Below the pieces are notes generated by a model. It was not told the DNA's origin. It saw nothing but the letters and a program-made list of their open reading frames with translations, and searched no databases. From a virus (Duplodnaviria > Caudoviricetes), in IMG/VR virus record IMGVR_UViG_3300010361_000008, positions 1 through 34,751 of that record: a stretch of 34,751 nt of DNA. One strand, 5' to 3'. Position numbers and translations under genes: made by a program. The stretch's first letter is position 1. Each line of letters begins with the position of its first letter. Shown here one piece after another: positions 8,941 to 17,959 of the stretch.

Positions 8941-9128
8941 TGGCAAAGGACACTACCAGCGGCAACGTGCACTCCGACGACTACACGACCGGCCGGCCGG
9001 CCAGAGACGAACAGATGAGAGCGATCGCCAGGGTGCAGGGCATCCCCAAGCGCCAGTGCGATCTTCCTCCGTTCGTCGCGGAGAAGGCGAACGTGCCACC
9101 GGGGCCGGTCACCAGAGAGGAAGACTGA
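8937..9128 (+). CDS. Hypothetical protein
   Basis: Start/stop overlaps with both neighbours. Confidence 0.65.
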   Translation: MMAKDTTSGNVHSDDYTTGRPARDEQMRAIARVQGIPKRQCDLPPFVAEKANVPPGPVTREED

Positions 9129-9274
9129 TGCCGCTCAAGCACGGCAAAAGCCCAGCGGCCGTCCGCCAGAACATCAAGACTGAAATGGCCGCCGGCAAGC
9201 CGCAGAAGCAGGCGATCGCCATCGCCTTGAATACCGCGCGCAAGGCCGGCGCCCGGATCCCGAAGAAGAAGTGA
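9128..9274 (+). CDS. Small basic phage protein (MPLKHGKS...NIKTEMAAGKPQKQAIAIALN)
   Basis: TGATG overlap; motif typical of small basic genes near portals. Confidence 0.8.
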   Translation: MPLKHGKSPAAVRQNIKTEMAAGKPQKQAIAIALNTARKAGARIPKKK

Positions 9275-9281
9275 GGTACAT

Positions 9282-9596
9282 ATGGCGAACAGTCCGGAGA
9301 TGACGGCCAAGCGCCGCGCATCGCTCCCCAAATCGAAATTTGGCCTGCCCGGCTCCCGCAGATACCCCGTGGACACGCCCGGCCGGGCGGCTAACGCCAA
9401 AGCGAGAGCAACACAACAAGTCGCTAAAGGCAATTTGTCGGAGTCCTCGGCCGCGCAGATCCGCGCCAAAGCCAACCGCGTCCTGGGCGAAAGGCGCGGA
9501 CCCTCCACCGGGCCCAGAGCGACCGGGTCGCGTTCGGACGGGCCCGGGAACCGGCCGAAGCTCAACCGCAACCTGAAAGACCTGATTCGAGGCTGA
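9282..9596 (+). CDS. Small basic phage protein (LPKSKFGLPGSRRYPVDT...AANAKAR)
   Basis: GAGG RBS; recognisable head-module accessory motif. Confidence 0.8.
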   Translation: MANSPEMTAKRRASLPKSKFGLPGSRRYPVDTPGRAANAKARATQQVAKGNLSESSAAQIRAKANRVLGERRGPSTGPRATGSRSDGPGNRPKLNRNLKDLIRG

Positions 9597-11780
9597 TTGC
9601 CTGTACCGCCGGCCGACAACGAAGACATCCTGGCAACGGCCCGCAAGCGGTTCAAGCTTTGCGAGGACGCGGAAGAGGAGATGCGCCGCGAGGCCGTCGA
9701 CGACATCCGGTTCTGCGCAGGGGAACAGTGGGATGCCTTTGACCGGCAGTCCCGCATGGTCGGGACACCCGGGGCCGGCGGGCCAGGGCGCCGGCCCTGC
9801 CTTACCATCAACCGTCTCATAGGGCCGCTCAATCAGACCGCGAACGAGGCCCGTCTCAACCAGGCCGGCATCGAAGTTCATCCGGTCGATTCGATGTCGG
9901 ACCCCGACACCGCCGAAGTGATCGAAGGCATGATCCGCCACATCGAGTACGTTTCCAAGGCCGATGAGGTCTACGAAACCGCCCTCGAGCAGTCGACGTC
10001 GGGATCCTTCGGCTACTTCGAGGTGACGACGCGGTACTGCGGAGCGCAGAGCTTCGACCAGGAGCTCCGCATCGAGCGCATCGTCGACCCGTTCAGCGTT
10101 TACCTCGATCCCTTCGCGCGGGAAGCCGACAAGAGTGACATGCGGTTCGCTTTCCAGGTAGAGATCATTCCGCGGGACGAATACAAGCGCGACTATCCGG
10201 AATCCGATGTCGCGGAGTTCGACTTCTACGACGGCCGGTTGAATCCGGCCGCCGACTGGATCCGCAAAGAGGGCGTCCGCATCGCCCGCTACTGGACCGT
10301 CGAGCTCGAGAGCCGCACGCTCGCGATGATCGAATGGCCCGACGGCAAGCAGACGGCCGTTTTCAAAAACGAGATGCCGGAGAGAATGCCGGCCGGCGTC
10401 AAGCTCGCTCTCGACGATGACGGAGAGCCGATCGAACGCGAAACCGAAGTGCGCCGCGTTCACTGCTACAAGATCAACGGAGTCGAGATCCTCGACGAAT
10501 ACGAATGGCTGGGACAATGGATCCCGATCCTTCCGGTCCTCGGCAAAGAGATCATCGTCGAAGGAAAGCGACAGGTGTTCAGCCTGGTGCGCTTCGCCAA
10601 AGACGCCCAGCGGCTCTACAACTTCTATCGCAGCTCGGAGGCGGAAACGGTCCTCTGCGGGACGAAAGCACCATGGGTTGGCGTCAAAGGATCCTTCAAA
10701 GATGCGAAGTGGGCGAGCGCCAACGTTCTCAACTACGCCTATCTCGAGTACGAACCGCTCGACATCGCCGGCAACCCGGCTCCGCCCCCGATCCGCAATC
10801 AGTTCGAGCCGCCCATCCAGGCGCTGTCGCTCGGAGCCGCTCAGGCATCGGACGACATCAAGGCGACCACCAACATTTACGATGCCGCGCTCGGATCGCA
10901 GGGGAACGAGACGTCCGGCGTGGCGATCCGCCAGAGGCAGTCGCAGAGCGGCCTGTCGAACGCCCACTTTATCGACAACCTGAACCGGGCCATCCGCCAG
11001 TGCGGCGTGATCCTGTGCGACCTGATCCCCAAGATCTACGACACGGCGCGCGAGGTCCGGATCCTCGGCGAGGACCGCGCGCAGCAGATCGTCAAGGTCA
11101 ATCAGATATTCCGGGACTGGAGGGGCCAGGACAGGTGCTACGACCTGCAGAGCGGCCAGTACGACGTCACCATCACCGTCGGCCCGTCGTATACGACGCA
11201 GCGGCAGGAGACGTGGGACGTCATGACGCAGCTCGCCGCGGCATATCCGCAGCTCCTGCAGTTCGCGGGAGACATCCTGTTCCAGAATGCCGACTTCCCC
11301 GGAGCCCAGGACATCGCGAACCGCCTGCGCAAGGCGCTCCCGCCCGGGCTCGCCGATACGCCTAACGATCCGAAGCAAGCCCTGCAGATGCTCGCGGCGC
11401 AGAATCAGCAGGCCCAGGCGACGATCCAGCAATTGACGCAAGCCCTAAACAACGCGAATGAGGATATCCGGACGAGGGCCGTTCAGGAGACGGCGCGGCT
11501 GGAGGCAGATCGCATGAGAGCGGCTCAGAATGATCGCGAAGCGGCTCTGAAGGCCAGGATCGACCTGATTACGGGGATTCTTAAAGACGCTCCCCAGGCG
11601 ACCGGCATTTTGCTTGCCCAGCTCGCCGAAGCGAACCGCATGATCAACGAGATGAGTTCGGGTACGCCCACATCAGTCGGAGCTACCGTACCCGGAGGGG
11701 CGGCGGTACCAGTCCAGTCCATCGAGCCGCCGCCCATAGCCATGCCGCCGAACGGAATGCCGTCGGTGGCGGGACCGTAA
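9597..11780 (+). CDS. P22-like portal protein
   Basis: DDIRFCAGEQW, RPCLTINRL, AKDAQRLYNF, ETSGVAIRQRQ, YDVTITVGPSYTTQRQE, C-terminal coiled coil. Confidence 0.95.
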   Translation: MPVPPADNEDILATARKRFKLCEDAEEEMRREAVDDIRFCAGEQWDAFDRQSRMVGTPGAGGPGRRPCLTINRLIGPLNQTANEARLNQAGIEVHPVDSMSDPDTAEVIEGMIRHIEYVSKADEVYETALEQSTSGSFGYFEVTTRYCGAQSFDQELRIERIVDPFSVYLDPFAREADKSDMRFAFQVEIIPRDEYKRDYPESDVAEFDFYDGRLNPAADWIRKEGVRIARYWTVELESRTLAMIEWPDGKQTAVFKNEMPERMPAGVKLALDDDGEPIERETEVRRVHCYKINGVEILDEYEWLGQWIPILPVLGKEIIVEGKRQVFSLVRFAKDAQRLYNFYRSSEAETVLCGTKAPWVGVKGSFKDAKWASANVLNYAYLEYEPLDIAGNPAPPPIRNQFEPPIQALSLGAAQASDDIKATTNIYDAALGSQGNETSGVAIRQRQSQSGLSNAHFIDNLNRAIRQCGVILCDLIPKIYDTAREVRILGEDRAQQIVKVNQIFRDWRGQDRCYDLQSGQYDVTITVGPSYTTQRQETWDVMTQLAAAYPQLLQFAGDILFQNADFPGAQDIANRLRKALPPGLADTPNDPKQALQMLAAQNQQAQATIQQLTQALNNANEDIRTRAVQETARLEADRMRAAQNDREAALKARIDLITGILKDAPQATGILLAQLAEANRMINEMSSGTPTSVGATVPGGAAVPVQSIEPPPIAMPPNGMPSVAGP

Positions 11781-11784
11781 GCTT

Positions 11785-12723
11785 ATGGCAGAAGAAACGA
11801 CCACTTCTTCGCCGGCCAATTCGACCGAAACGCCGTCAGAGATCGTTGCCCCTTCCGATTTTCGGGAGTACGTCAAATGGCGCCAAACGGGTGAACAGCC
11901 GGCAGAAGAACAACCTGCGGCCGCGGAGGAGACTCCGCAGGCCAAAAGCGAACCGCAGTCAGGAACGGAAGTTACCGGACAGGAGGAAAGCGAGGAGGAG
12001 ACGGCAGAGGCGAAACCGGGACGGCCCGGGTCGCGCCAGCGCAAGATCGACAGGCTGACACGCGAAAACGAGATGCTGCGTCAGCAACTCGTTCAGGCAT
12101 CGCAGCCCAGGCCGGCGGAAAAGCCGGCTGAAAGTGCGCCGGCCAGGCCCGCGGAAGCACCCGGGAAGCCCAAGCTTCAGGACTTCTCCACGCTCGAAGC
12201 GTACCAGGAAGCGCTGACCGACTGGAAGCTCGATCAGCGCGAAGCCAAGCGCAAGGCGGACGATCGACAGGCCGCCGCGCTCGCCGAAGCACAGAGGATC
12301 CAGACCGCGTGGAGCTCGAGCGAGCAAGCCGCGCGGGCCGCTCATCCGGACTACGACGAGGTGCTGCAATCCGTTGCGGCGCCCACCGGGCCCGGAGTCG
12401 AGGCGGCCACGCAGGCCATGCGAGAGGACGAGGCCGGCCCGGAAGTTCTCTACCACCTGGCAACGCATCGCGAAGAAATGGAGCGCATTGCCGCAATGCA
12501 GCCGATCGCCGCCATCAAAGCGATCGGACGCCTGGCGGCCATGTTCGCCGAACCGCCTCCTGTTCCCAACGGAAAACCGAAAGTATCGAGCGCACCGAAG
12601 CCGCCCGCGCCCATGTCCCGGCAGACCGGGCAGACTGTGAAGGATTCGATCTACGACGAAAACGTAGCCCAGGACTTCACGCGCTGGAACCGGGCCCGGA
12701 TTGCGCAGTTGAAGGGAAAGTGA
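11785..12723 (+). CDS. Scaffolding protein
   Basis: Between portal and coat; acidic helical; RKIDRLTRE, YQEALTDWK, HPDYDEV, GPEVLYHLA. Confidence 0.88.
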   Translation: MAEETTTSSPANSTETPSEIVAPSDFREYVKWRQTGEQPAEEQPAAAEETPQAKSEPQSGTEVTGQEESEEETAEAKPGRPGSRQRKIDRLTRENEMLRQQLVQASQPRPAEKPAESAPARPAEAPGKPKLQDFSTLEAYQEALTDWKLDQREAKRKADDRQAAALAEAQRIQTAWSSSEQAARAAHPDYDEVLQSVAAPTGPGVEAATQAMREDEAGPEVLYHLATHREEMERIAAMQPIAAIKAIGRLAAMFAEPPPVPNGKPKVSSAPKPPAPMSRQTGQTVKDSIYDENVAQDFTRWNRARIAQLKGK

Positions 12724-12724
12724 A

Positions 12725-13909
12725 GTGGCAACGAACACGCTGTTAACGTCCCAGGTCATCACCAACGAGCTCCTGCGGCGTTTCAAAAACAACCTCGGCT
12801 TTGCGGGCGCCGTCTCGCACACCTGGGACGACAAATTCGCCGTCACCGGAGCCAAGATCGGCTACACCTTGCGGCTGCGCGATCCCGTGAGATTCGTGGC
12901 GCAGGTCGGGCCCGTCCTCACTCCGCAGAACGTTACCGAAACCAACAAGGTTCTCACCCTGACCACGCAGGCCGTTGTCGGGTTCTCGTTCTCATCGGCC
13001 GACCTCACGACATCGATCGACAACTTCGCGGCACGCTATCTCGACTCCGCGGCGATCGCGCTCGCCAACAAAGTGGACGTCGACGGCATTACGATGGCGG
13101 TCCAGAACACGGCCAACATGGTCGGCACGCCGGGAACGCCGATCACAACCCTCGGGCCGTTCTGGACGGCCGGCGAGACGCTCGACTCCAATTCGGCTCC
13201 CATGGACGGCCGGCGGACCTTCTGCTTCCCGCCCAAAACGCAGACCGCCGCATTGACCGCGGCGCAGGGCCTGTTCCAGTCGTCCTCCCAGATTGCGCGC
13301 CAGTACGAACGAGGCCGCATGGGCGTGATGGGCGGATTCGAATGGGTCATGGACCAGAACAATCTGAACTTTACCGGCGGCACCAGCGCCACCGTAACGG
13401 TCACCACGGCCAACCAGACCGGATCGAGCCTGGCGGTTGCCGGCACGCCGATCAACTTCGTCGCAGGCGATGTTTTCACGATCCCCAACGTGTTCGGAGT
13501 AAATCCGGTTTCGGGCAATCCCAAGGTGGATCTGCAGCACTTTGTCGTCACCGCCAATGCGACGACTTCCCCGATCTCGATCTATCCACCCCTTCAGGTA
13601 ACAATGCCCGGCGCTACCGTCAGCGCGTTGCCGGCCGCGGGAGCTCCGCTCACGATCCTGACGCCGAACACTCCGCTCAGCCCGACCGCGCTCGCGTTTC
13701 ATGAAGACGCCTACGTGATCGGCATGGCTCCGCTCGAAGTTCCGAAGAACATTCAGTTCGGGGCCAATCAGCAGGATCCGGATACGGGATGCGCCATCCG
13801 CATGGTGTCGATGTACGACATCATCAACGACCTGTTCGTCACCCGCTGCGACGTCCTCTACGGCTGGGCCGCGACCCGTCCGGAGTGGGGCTGCAGAGTG
13901 GTCAGCTAA
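12725..13909 (+). CDS. P22-like major capsid protein
   Basis: NTLLTSQVITNELL, GAKIGYTLRLRDP, LANKVD, LAFHEDA, RCDVLYGWAATRPEW. Confidence 0.95.
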   Translation: MATNTLLTSQVITNELLRRFKNNLGFAGAVSHTWDDKFAVTGAKIGYTLRLRDPVRFVAQVGPVLTPQNVTETNKVLTLTTQAVVGFSFSSADLTTSIDNFAARYLDSAAIALANKVDVDGITMAVQNTANMVGTPGTPITTLGPFWTAGETLDSNSAPMDGRRTFCFPPKTQTAALTAAQGLFQSSSQIARQYERGRMGVMGGFEWVMDQNNLNFTGGTSATVTVTTANQTGSSLAVAGTPINFVAGDVFTIPNVFGVNPVSGNPKVDLQHFVVTANATTSPISIYPPLQVTMPGATVSALPAAGAPLTILTPNTPLSPTALAFHEDAYVIGMAPLEVPKNIQFGANQQDPDTGCAIRMVSMYDIINDLFVTRCDVLYGWAATRPEWGCRVVS

Positions 13910-13918
13910 GGAGGAAGC

Positions 13919-14416
13919 ATGGCAACCGAAACCACGCAACCATCGCATCAACAAGGCTCGCAACCCGCAGGGAAGGGGAACGCTCAATTCCCGCAAGTCT
14001 ACTTCAACGTCAAATGGGACGTTCCGCCCAGAGTAGTTCAAGACCAGGCCGAAGCGGACGCTCTCGACCCGACCGAATGGACGACGATCCCGCCGCAGCC
14101 GGCGCAGCAGCCGGCGCAACCGGCGTATCCGAAGCTGTTCTACAACGTGAACGTGCCTCCGGAGGTCATCGGAAGCGAAGCCGAAGAGAAGGCTCTCAGC
14201 TCCGAATACAAGCAATTTCCGATCCCCGACGACCTGGCGAAAGCGGCTCAGGCAGCCAACGCTCAGGCCGCGGCCGCGGCGAAGGCCAAGGCGGCATCTC
14301 AGCCGGCGCCCCCGGCAGGATCGCAGGGCGCCGGCGGCCAGCACGACCCGTCGCAGCAGCAGAACCAACAGACCGGCGAGCACCAGCATCACGGCATTTT
14401 CGGCAAGAAGGGTTGA
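13919..14416 (+). CDS. Post-capsid protein with two tandem [FY]P...E..AL domains
   Basis: AGGAGG RBS; internal repeat. Confidence 0.75.
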   Translation: MATETTQPSHQQGSQPAGKGNAQFPQVYFNVKWDVPPRVVQDQAEADALDPTEWTTIPPQPAQQPAQPAYPKLFYNVNVPPEVIGSEAEEKALSSEYKQFPIPDDLAKAAQAANAQAAAAAKAKAASQPAPPAGSQGAGGQHDPSQQQNQQTGEHQHHGIFGKKG

Positions 14417-14709
14417 TGCCTTCAGCTGATCCGAACTACCCGCGCATGATGTTCCACAAAACGATGGGATACACGATCGTTAAATCCGAAGAAGAGGAAG
14501 CGGCTCTGGGACCGAGTTGGACACGCGATGCGTTCGCATCGTCCCTCCCGCCGGAGGACAAGCCGCTTCCCAAACCGGATCCCGAACCGGAAGAAGAGCC
14601 GGACGAAGAAGAGGAAGAAAAACCGGACGAACAGCCGCAGGAACAGCAGAAAACGCCGATCGCGCACGCGCCGCCGGCCAAGAAGCGCGGCCGTTTGCGC
14701 CGTGGCTAG
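14416..14709 (+). CDS. Post-capsid protein (YPRMMFH...IVKSEEEEAALGPSW), acidic tail ending KKRGR
   Basis: TGATG overlap at 14414-14418. Confidence 0.75.
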   Translation: MPSADPNYPRMMFHKTMGYTIVKSEEEEAALGPSWTRDAFASSLPPEDKPLPKPDPEPEEEPDEEEEEKPDEQPQEQQKTPIAHAPPAKKRGRLRRG

Positions 14710-14768
14710 ATGCAACCTGACTTACACCTTTGCATAGGATGCTGCAATGCATCACCCGAACGTGACTT

Positions 14769-15461
14769 ATGTCGAGTGTCAGTGATCTCATTCACTCATC
14801 TTTCCGCCTGATCGGCGCGATCGCCTCAGGCGAAATCCTGGAAACAAACGAGCTCAACGACGGCTTTATCTCGCTGAACCAATTCATTCAGGGATGGAAT
14901 ACCGACGGCACGATGCTCGTGAGCCGCCAATCGCAACGGATTGCGTTGAATTCGAGCATTGGCTCTTATTCGCTCAGTGACTATCCGATAAAGATCGAAT
15001 CGGCCAGCGTATCGGCCGGCAGCGGCTATCTGGACAATCCCTTACAGATCGTGGATTCGACAGGTTGGGAAGCGGTTCCCGAAAAGCAGGCGCAGTCTGT
15101 TTTCACCAAAGTTCTCTACTGCGATTACGCCTGGCCGACGAGCACGGTTTGTATCGCGCCGCTCCCGCGAATCGGCGGCACTCTTGAGGTCTGGATGTAT
15201 ACGCCTCTGTCGCAATTCGCCACCGTTAACGACACGATCAATCTCGCGCCGGGTTATGAGATCGCCCTACGGTATAACTTTGCAGTCGCATTGCTGCCTG
15301 AATATCCGCGCACGCAATCCGATCCGTCGCTTCCCGCGCAAGCCCAGATGTACAAAGCGCAGATGGCGCAGCTCAACGCCGGAAACCATATGAGGAGCCA
15401 GGCAGGATCGGAAGTCCAGGCAAGTACCGCGAATGCCGCCGAAGCGCTAGCGTCGAGGTAA
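14769..15461 (+). CDS. P22 gp4-like head-to-tail adaptor, copy 1
   Basis: DLIHSSFRLIGA...DGFISLNQFIQGW; LAPGYEIALRYNFAVALLPEY. Confidence 0.82.
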   Translation: MSSVSDLIHSSFRLIGAIASGEILETNELNDGFISLNQFIQGWNTDGTMLVSRQSQRIALNSSIGSYSLSDYPIKIESASVSAGSGYLDNPLQIVDSTGWEAVPEKQAQSVFTKVLYCDYAWPTSTVCIAPLPRIGGTLEVWMYTPLSQFATVNDTINLAPGYEIALRYNFAVALLPEYPRTQSDPSLPAQAQMYKAQMAQLNAGNHMRSQAGSEVQASTANAAEALASR

Positions 15462-15464
15462 GTT

Positions 15465-15729
15465 GTAAACTACCGTCGCTTGAAAGCGACGGCTTTTAGC
15501 TATGCAAACATCACACGCCAAGTCGGATCCAAACATCCTCAGCCGGTTTACAGCGGCTCTTCCGGTTTTAAGGCCGGAAGCGAAAGAGAGCGCGAAACCG
15601 TTTGCCCAGAGAGTGCCTTTGCGCTCACTGAACAGTCTAACACAAAAGGCAACCGGCGCTGAACGCACCGGAAACCTCTTCCTCTGCCGCCTGAATGCGG
15701 CAGTCTCCGAGGTTCAACTTCTGTAAGTT
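15465..15729 (-). mobile_element. Non-autonomous IS200/IS605-family miniature element with TnpB omegaRNA-like end
   Basis: GTAAACTA plus hairpin CCGTCGCT-TGAA-AGCGACGG (15473-15492); other end AACCTC-TTCCT-CTGCCGC-CTGAAT-GCGGCAG-TCTCC-GAGGTT (15673-15714); flanked by ATGA (TCAT on minus); no transposase. Confidence 0.7.
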
Positions 15730-17823
15730 ATGAGCACCCCTACCGCTGTTTTCCCGGCCGCAGTCGCGACGGACGCGCAGTTGAAAGTGGCAAATAACCT
15801 GATACAAACCACTCTCAAAGTCGCGGCCGCACCGACCGATACTATTCTCTTCGTCAATTCGGTCACCGGCTTTATAGCGAACAGTCTGGTATCGATCGAC
15901 GGTGAGATCATTTCGATCGCGTCAGTGTCGGGAAGCTCCAATCCGCAGCTGCTTGTGGCCGCGGGCGGACGAGGCTTCGACGGAACAACCGCGGCTTCTC
16001 ACTCCGCGGGCGCTAAAACGTCGATGCTCATCGATGCGTGGCATCACAACGTCCTCTCGACAGAAATCCAGGCGATTGAGTCTTTTCTCGGGCCGAACGG
16101 CCAAAATTTCAGCCCATCCTCGCTGTTCCGCTTTGCCATTGACTATCAGTTCACACAGACCCCGGGCGGATCTTTGACAGCCGGGGTTATCAATACCATA
16201 ACCGTCTCGCCGGTTCCCAAAGGCGTGAATGGAACCGACGCGAAGCACTACCTGTATATCAGCGGTGGAACCGGGACAGCGGAAGCCGTTCTCATTCAGG
16301 GAGGAACTGCGGTCAGCGGAGCGGCATCGGGAACGCTGATGTTCACGCCGGCCAATGCGCATTCGGGAGCCTGGACGGTTTCGAGCGCTACCGGCGGGAT
16401 CCAGGAAGCGATCATAAGCCAGGCTCCGACTGCCGGCGGAGTGGGAGCCTGCATCGTTCTTTCGCCCACCACATTCAATATCTATGCGCCCATCGAGATC
16501 GGCGGACTGCATGGATTGAACATCCGCGGCGCCGGCATCGGCTCGACGTTTATCAATCTGGCAACCGCCGCGAGCGACTTTTTGCAGATCTCCTCGAACA
16601 TCTACTATTTCGGCTTCTTCAACTGCTCCATTGTCTCTACGGGCGTCACGCGCACGGGCGGATGGGTATTGCGCGGGATGCAGCCTTACAACCAGAACGG
16701 TTTTCTGAAGAACTCCCACATCGGCTGGATCAACGTGGCAAATCAGATGAACGGATTCTGGTTCACGCAATATGCGGGCGTCTATTTCACCGAATTCGAA
16801 ATGAATACGTTTGTGAATTCGGGGATTGCGATCAAAGCCGGACAGACTACCGCAACCGATATCAACCAGGGCAGCGGTCTGTTTCTCAGCAATTTCACGA
16901 TCTATGGCACCGACTTCAGCATCGGCGGCAATCCGTTCAATCCTCCGCAGCTCGGCAACGGCCTATGGATCGAGGATTGCGATGCGGTCTATGTGAGAGA
17001 AGCGGAGATCGGCAACACGATCAACAGCAACGTGAAAATTCTTTCGAGCGGAGGCCACGCGCCGAATAATCACTTCTTTCATGGCCTGACCTCCGACGGC
17101 TCCATGGGCAACGATGGCGCGGGCTTTTATATTACCGGAACCGGAGGCTTTAATGCGGTGTTTCTGCGCAACGGCTGGTACTCGAGCACCGGGGCATGGA
17201 ACGGCAACCTCAACGGGTGCGGCATCCGGATCGACACTGCCAATATCGGACAGTTCGAGATCAACGACTGCTACCTTTGGAACAACAACGGAACCGGATT
17301 CTATATCTCTTCCGCAAGCCCAGGCGGCGCACCTGGCTACGCCAAGATGTATCTTTCGGGCAACGGCAGCAAAGGCGCGGCCGGATATACAGACAGCATT
17401 TACGTCAATATTCCGGTCAACACACCCGGTCCGCTTATCGACGGGTGCTACGACACCGGTCCTAGCGGATCGGGAGTCTCGCTCCGTACAAGTTCGACCA
17501 CAAACCTGATCCATCTCGGCCTGAATGTCCTCGCGGCGGGAATGTCGCTCGGCGCGGCCCCGGCATCCGGATTTGTGGGCTTGGCAACGACCGCCGCTTT
17601 GGGCGGCACGGCCTTGACAGCCGGTCAGTCAGTCAATGTGACGACCACTGTTTCAGGAGCAGCGGTGGGAATGGCCGCAGTGGCTACACCGCAGATTTAT
17701 CCGGGCGACGGTTTCGTCTGGAAGGCTTATGTCAGCGCGAATAACACGGTAGTGACGGTCCTCACATGTCTGATGGCAGGCACTCCCAACAACTCGCTCT
17801 ATTACTTGAGAGTCAGCAACTAG
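15730..17823 (+). CDS. Tailspike / receptor-binding protein with beta-helix-like central region
   Basis: IDGEII...RGFDGTTAASHSAGA N-terminal module; GIQEAI...IRGAGIGST start of pectin-lyase-like repeats; Gly/Asn/Ser/Thr rich. Confidence 0.82.
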   Translation: MSTPTAVFPAAVATDAQLKVANNLIQTTLKVAAAPTDTILFVNSVTGFIANSLVSIDGEIISIASVSGSSNPQLLVAAGGRGFDGTTAASHSAGAKTSMLIDAWHHNVLSTEIQAIESFLGPNGQNFSPSSLFRFAIDYQFTQTPGGSLTAGVINTITVSPVPKGVNGTDAKHYLYISGGTGTAEAVLIQGGTAVSGAASGTLMFTPANAHSGAWTVSSATGGIQEAIISQAPTAGGVGACIVLSPTTFNIYAPIEIGGLHGLNIRGAGIGSTFINLATAASDFLQISSNIYYFGFFNCSIVSTGVTRTGGWVLRGMQPYNQNGFLKNSHIGWINVANQMNGFWFTQYAGVYFTEFEMNTFVNSGIAIKAGQTTATDINQGSGLFLSNFTIYGTDFSIGGNPFNPPQLGNGLWIEDCDAVYVREAEIGNTINSNVKILSSGGHAPNNHFFHGLTSDGSMGNDGAGFYITGTGGFNAVFLRNGWYSSTGAWNGNLNGCGIRIDTANIGQFEINDCYLWNNNGTGFYISSASPGGAPGYAKMYLSGNGSKGAAGYTDSIYVNIPVNTPGPLIDGCYDTGPSGSGVSLRTSSTTNLIHLGLNVLAAGMSLGAAPASGFVGLATTAALGGTALTAGQSVNVTTTVSGAAVGMAAVATPQIYPGDGFVWKAYVSANNTVVTVLTCLMAGTPNNSLYYLRVSN

Positions 17824-17927
17824 AAATGCAGAATCCAACTATAGAGGCACGCCATCAGCAAAGCCGCCGCGACTCCATAGATTACGATCTCGACAGCACG
17901 CAGACACTCCCGCAACGCTCTGAGCAT
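17820..17927 (-). CDS. 35-aa single-TM peptide MLRALRECLRAVEIVIYGVAAALLMACLYSWILHF (not in ORF track)
   Basis: Fills the intergenic gap; stop overlaps the tailspike stop (CTAG); TATGAT 6 nt upstream of ATG. Confidence 0.6.
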   Translation of the reverse strand: MLRALRECLRAVEIVIYGVAAALLMACLYSWILHF

Positions 17928-17933
17928 GTAGTC

Positions 17934-17959
17934 ATCATATATGGAGTTATCATATATGG
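17934..17959. repeat. ATCATATATGG direct repeat x2, each containing palindrome CATATATG
   Basis: 17934-17944 and 17949-17959. Confidence 0.7.

Noticed and set aside
9174-11441. 755-aa minus-strand ORF and other long antisense ORFs (12992..14392, 29285..30493, 4179..5330)
   Set aside because: Shadow frames of high-GC genes with clear products on the other strand; no motifs
15447-15726. Short ORFs 15447..15668, 15480..15662 and 15502..15726 as phage genes
   Set aside because: Better explained as incidental or remnant frames within the miniature IS element
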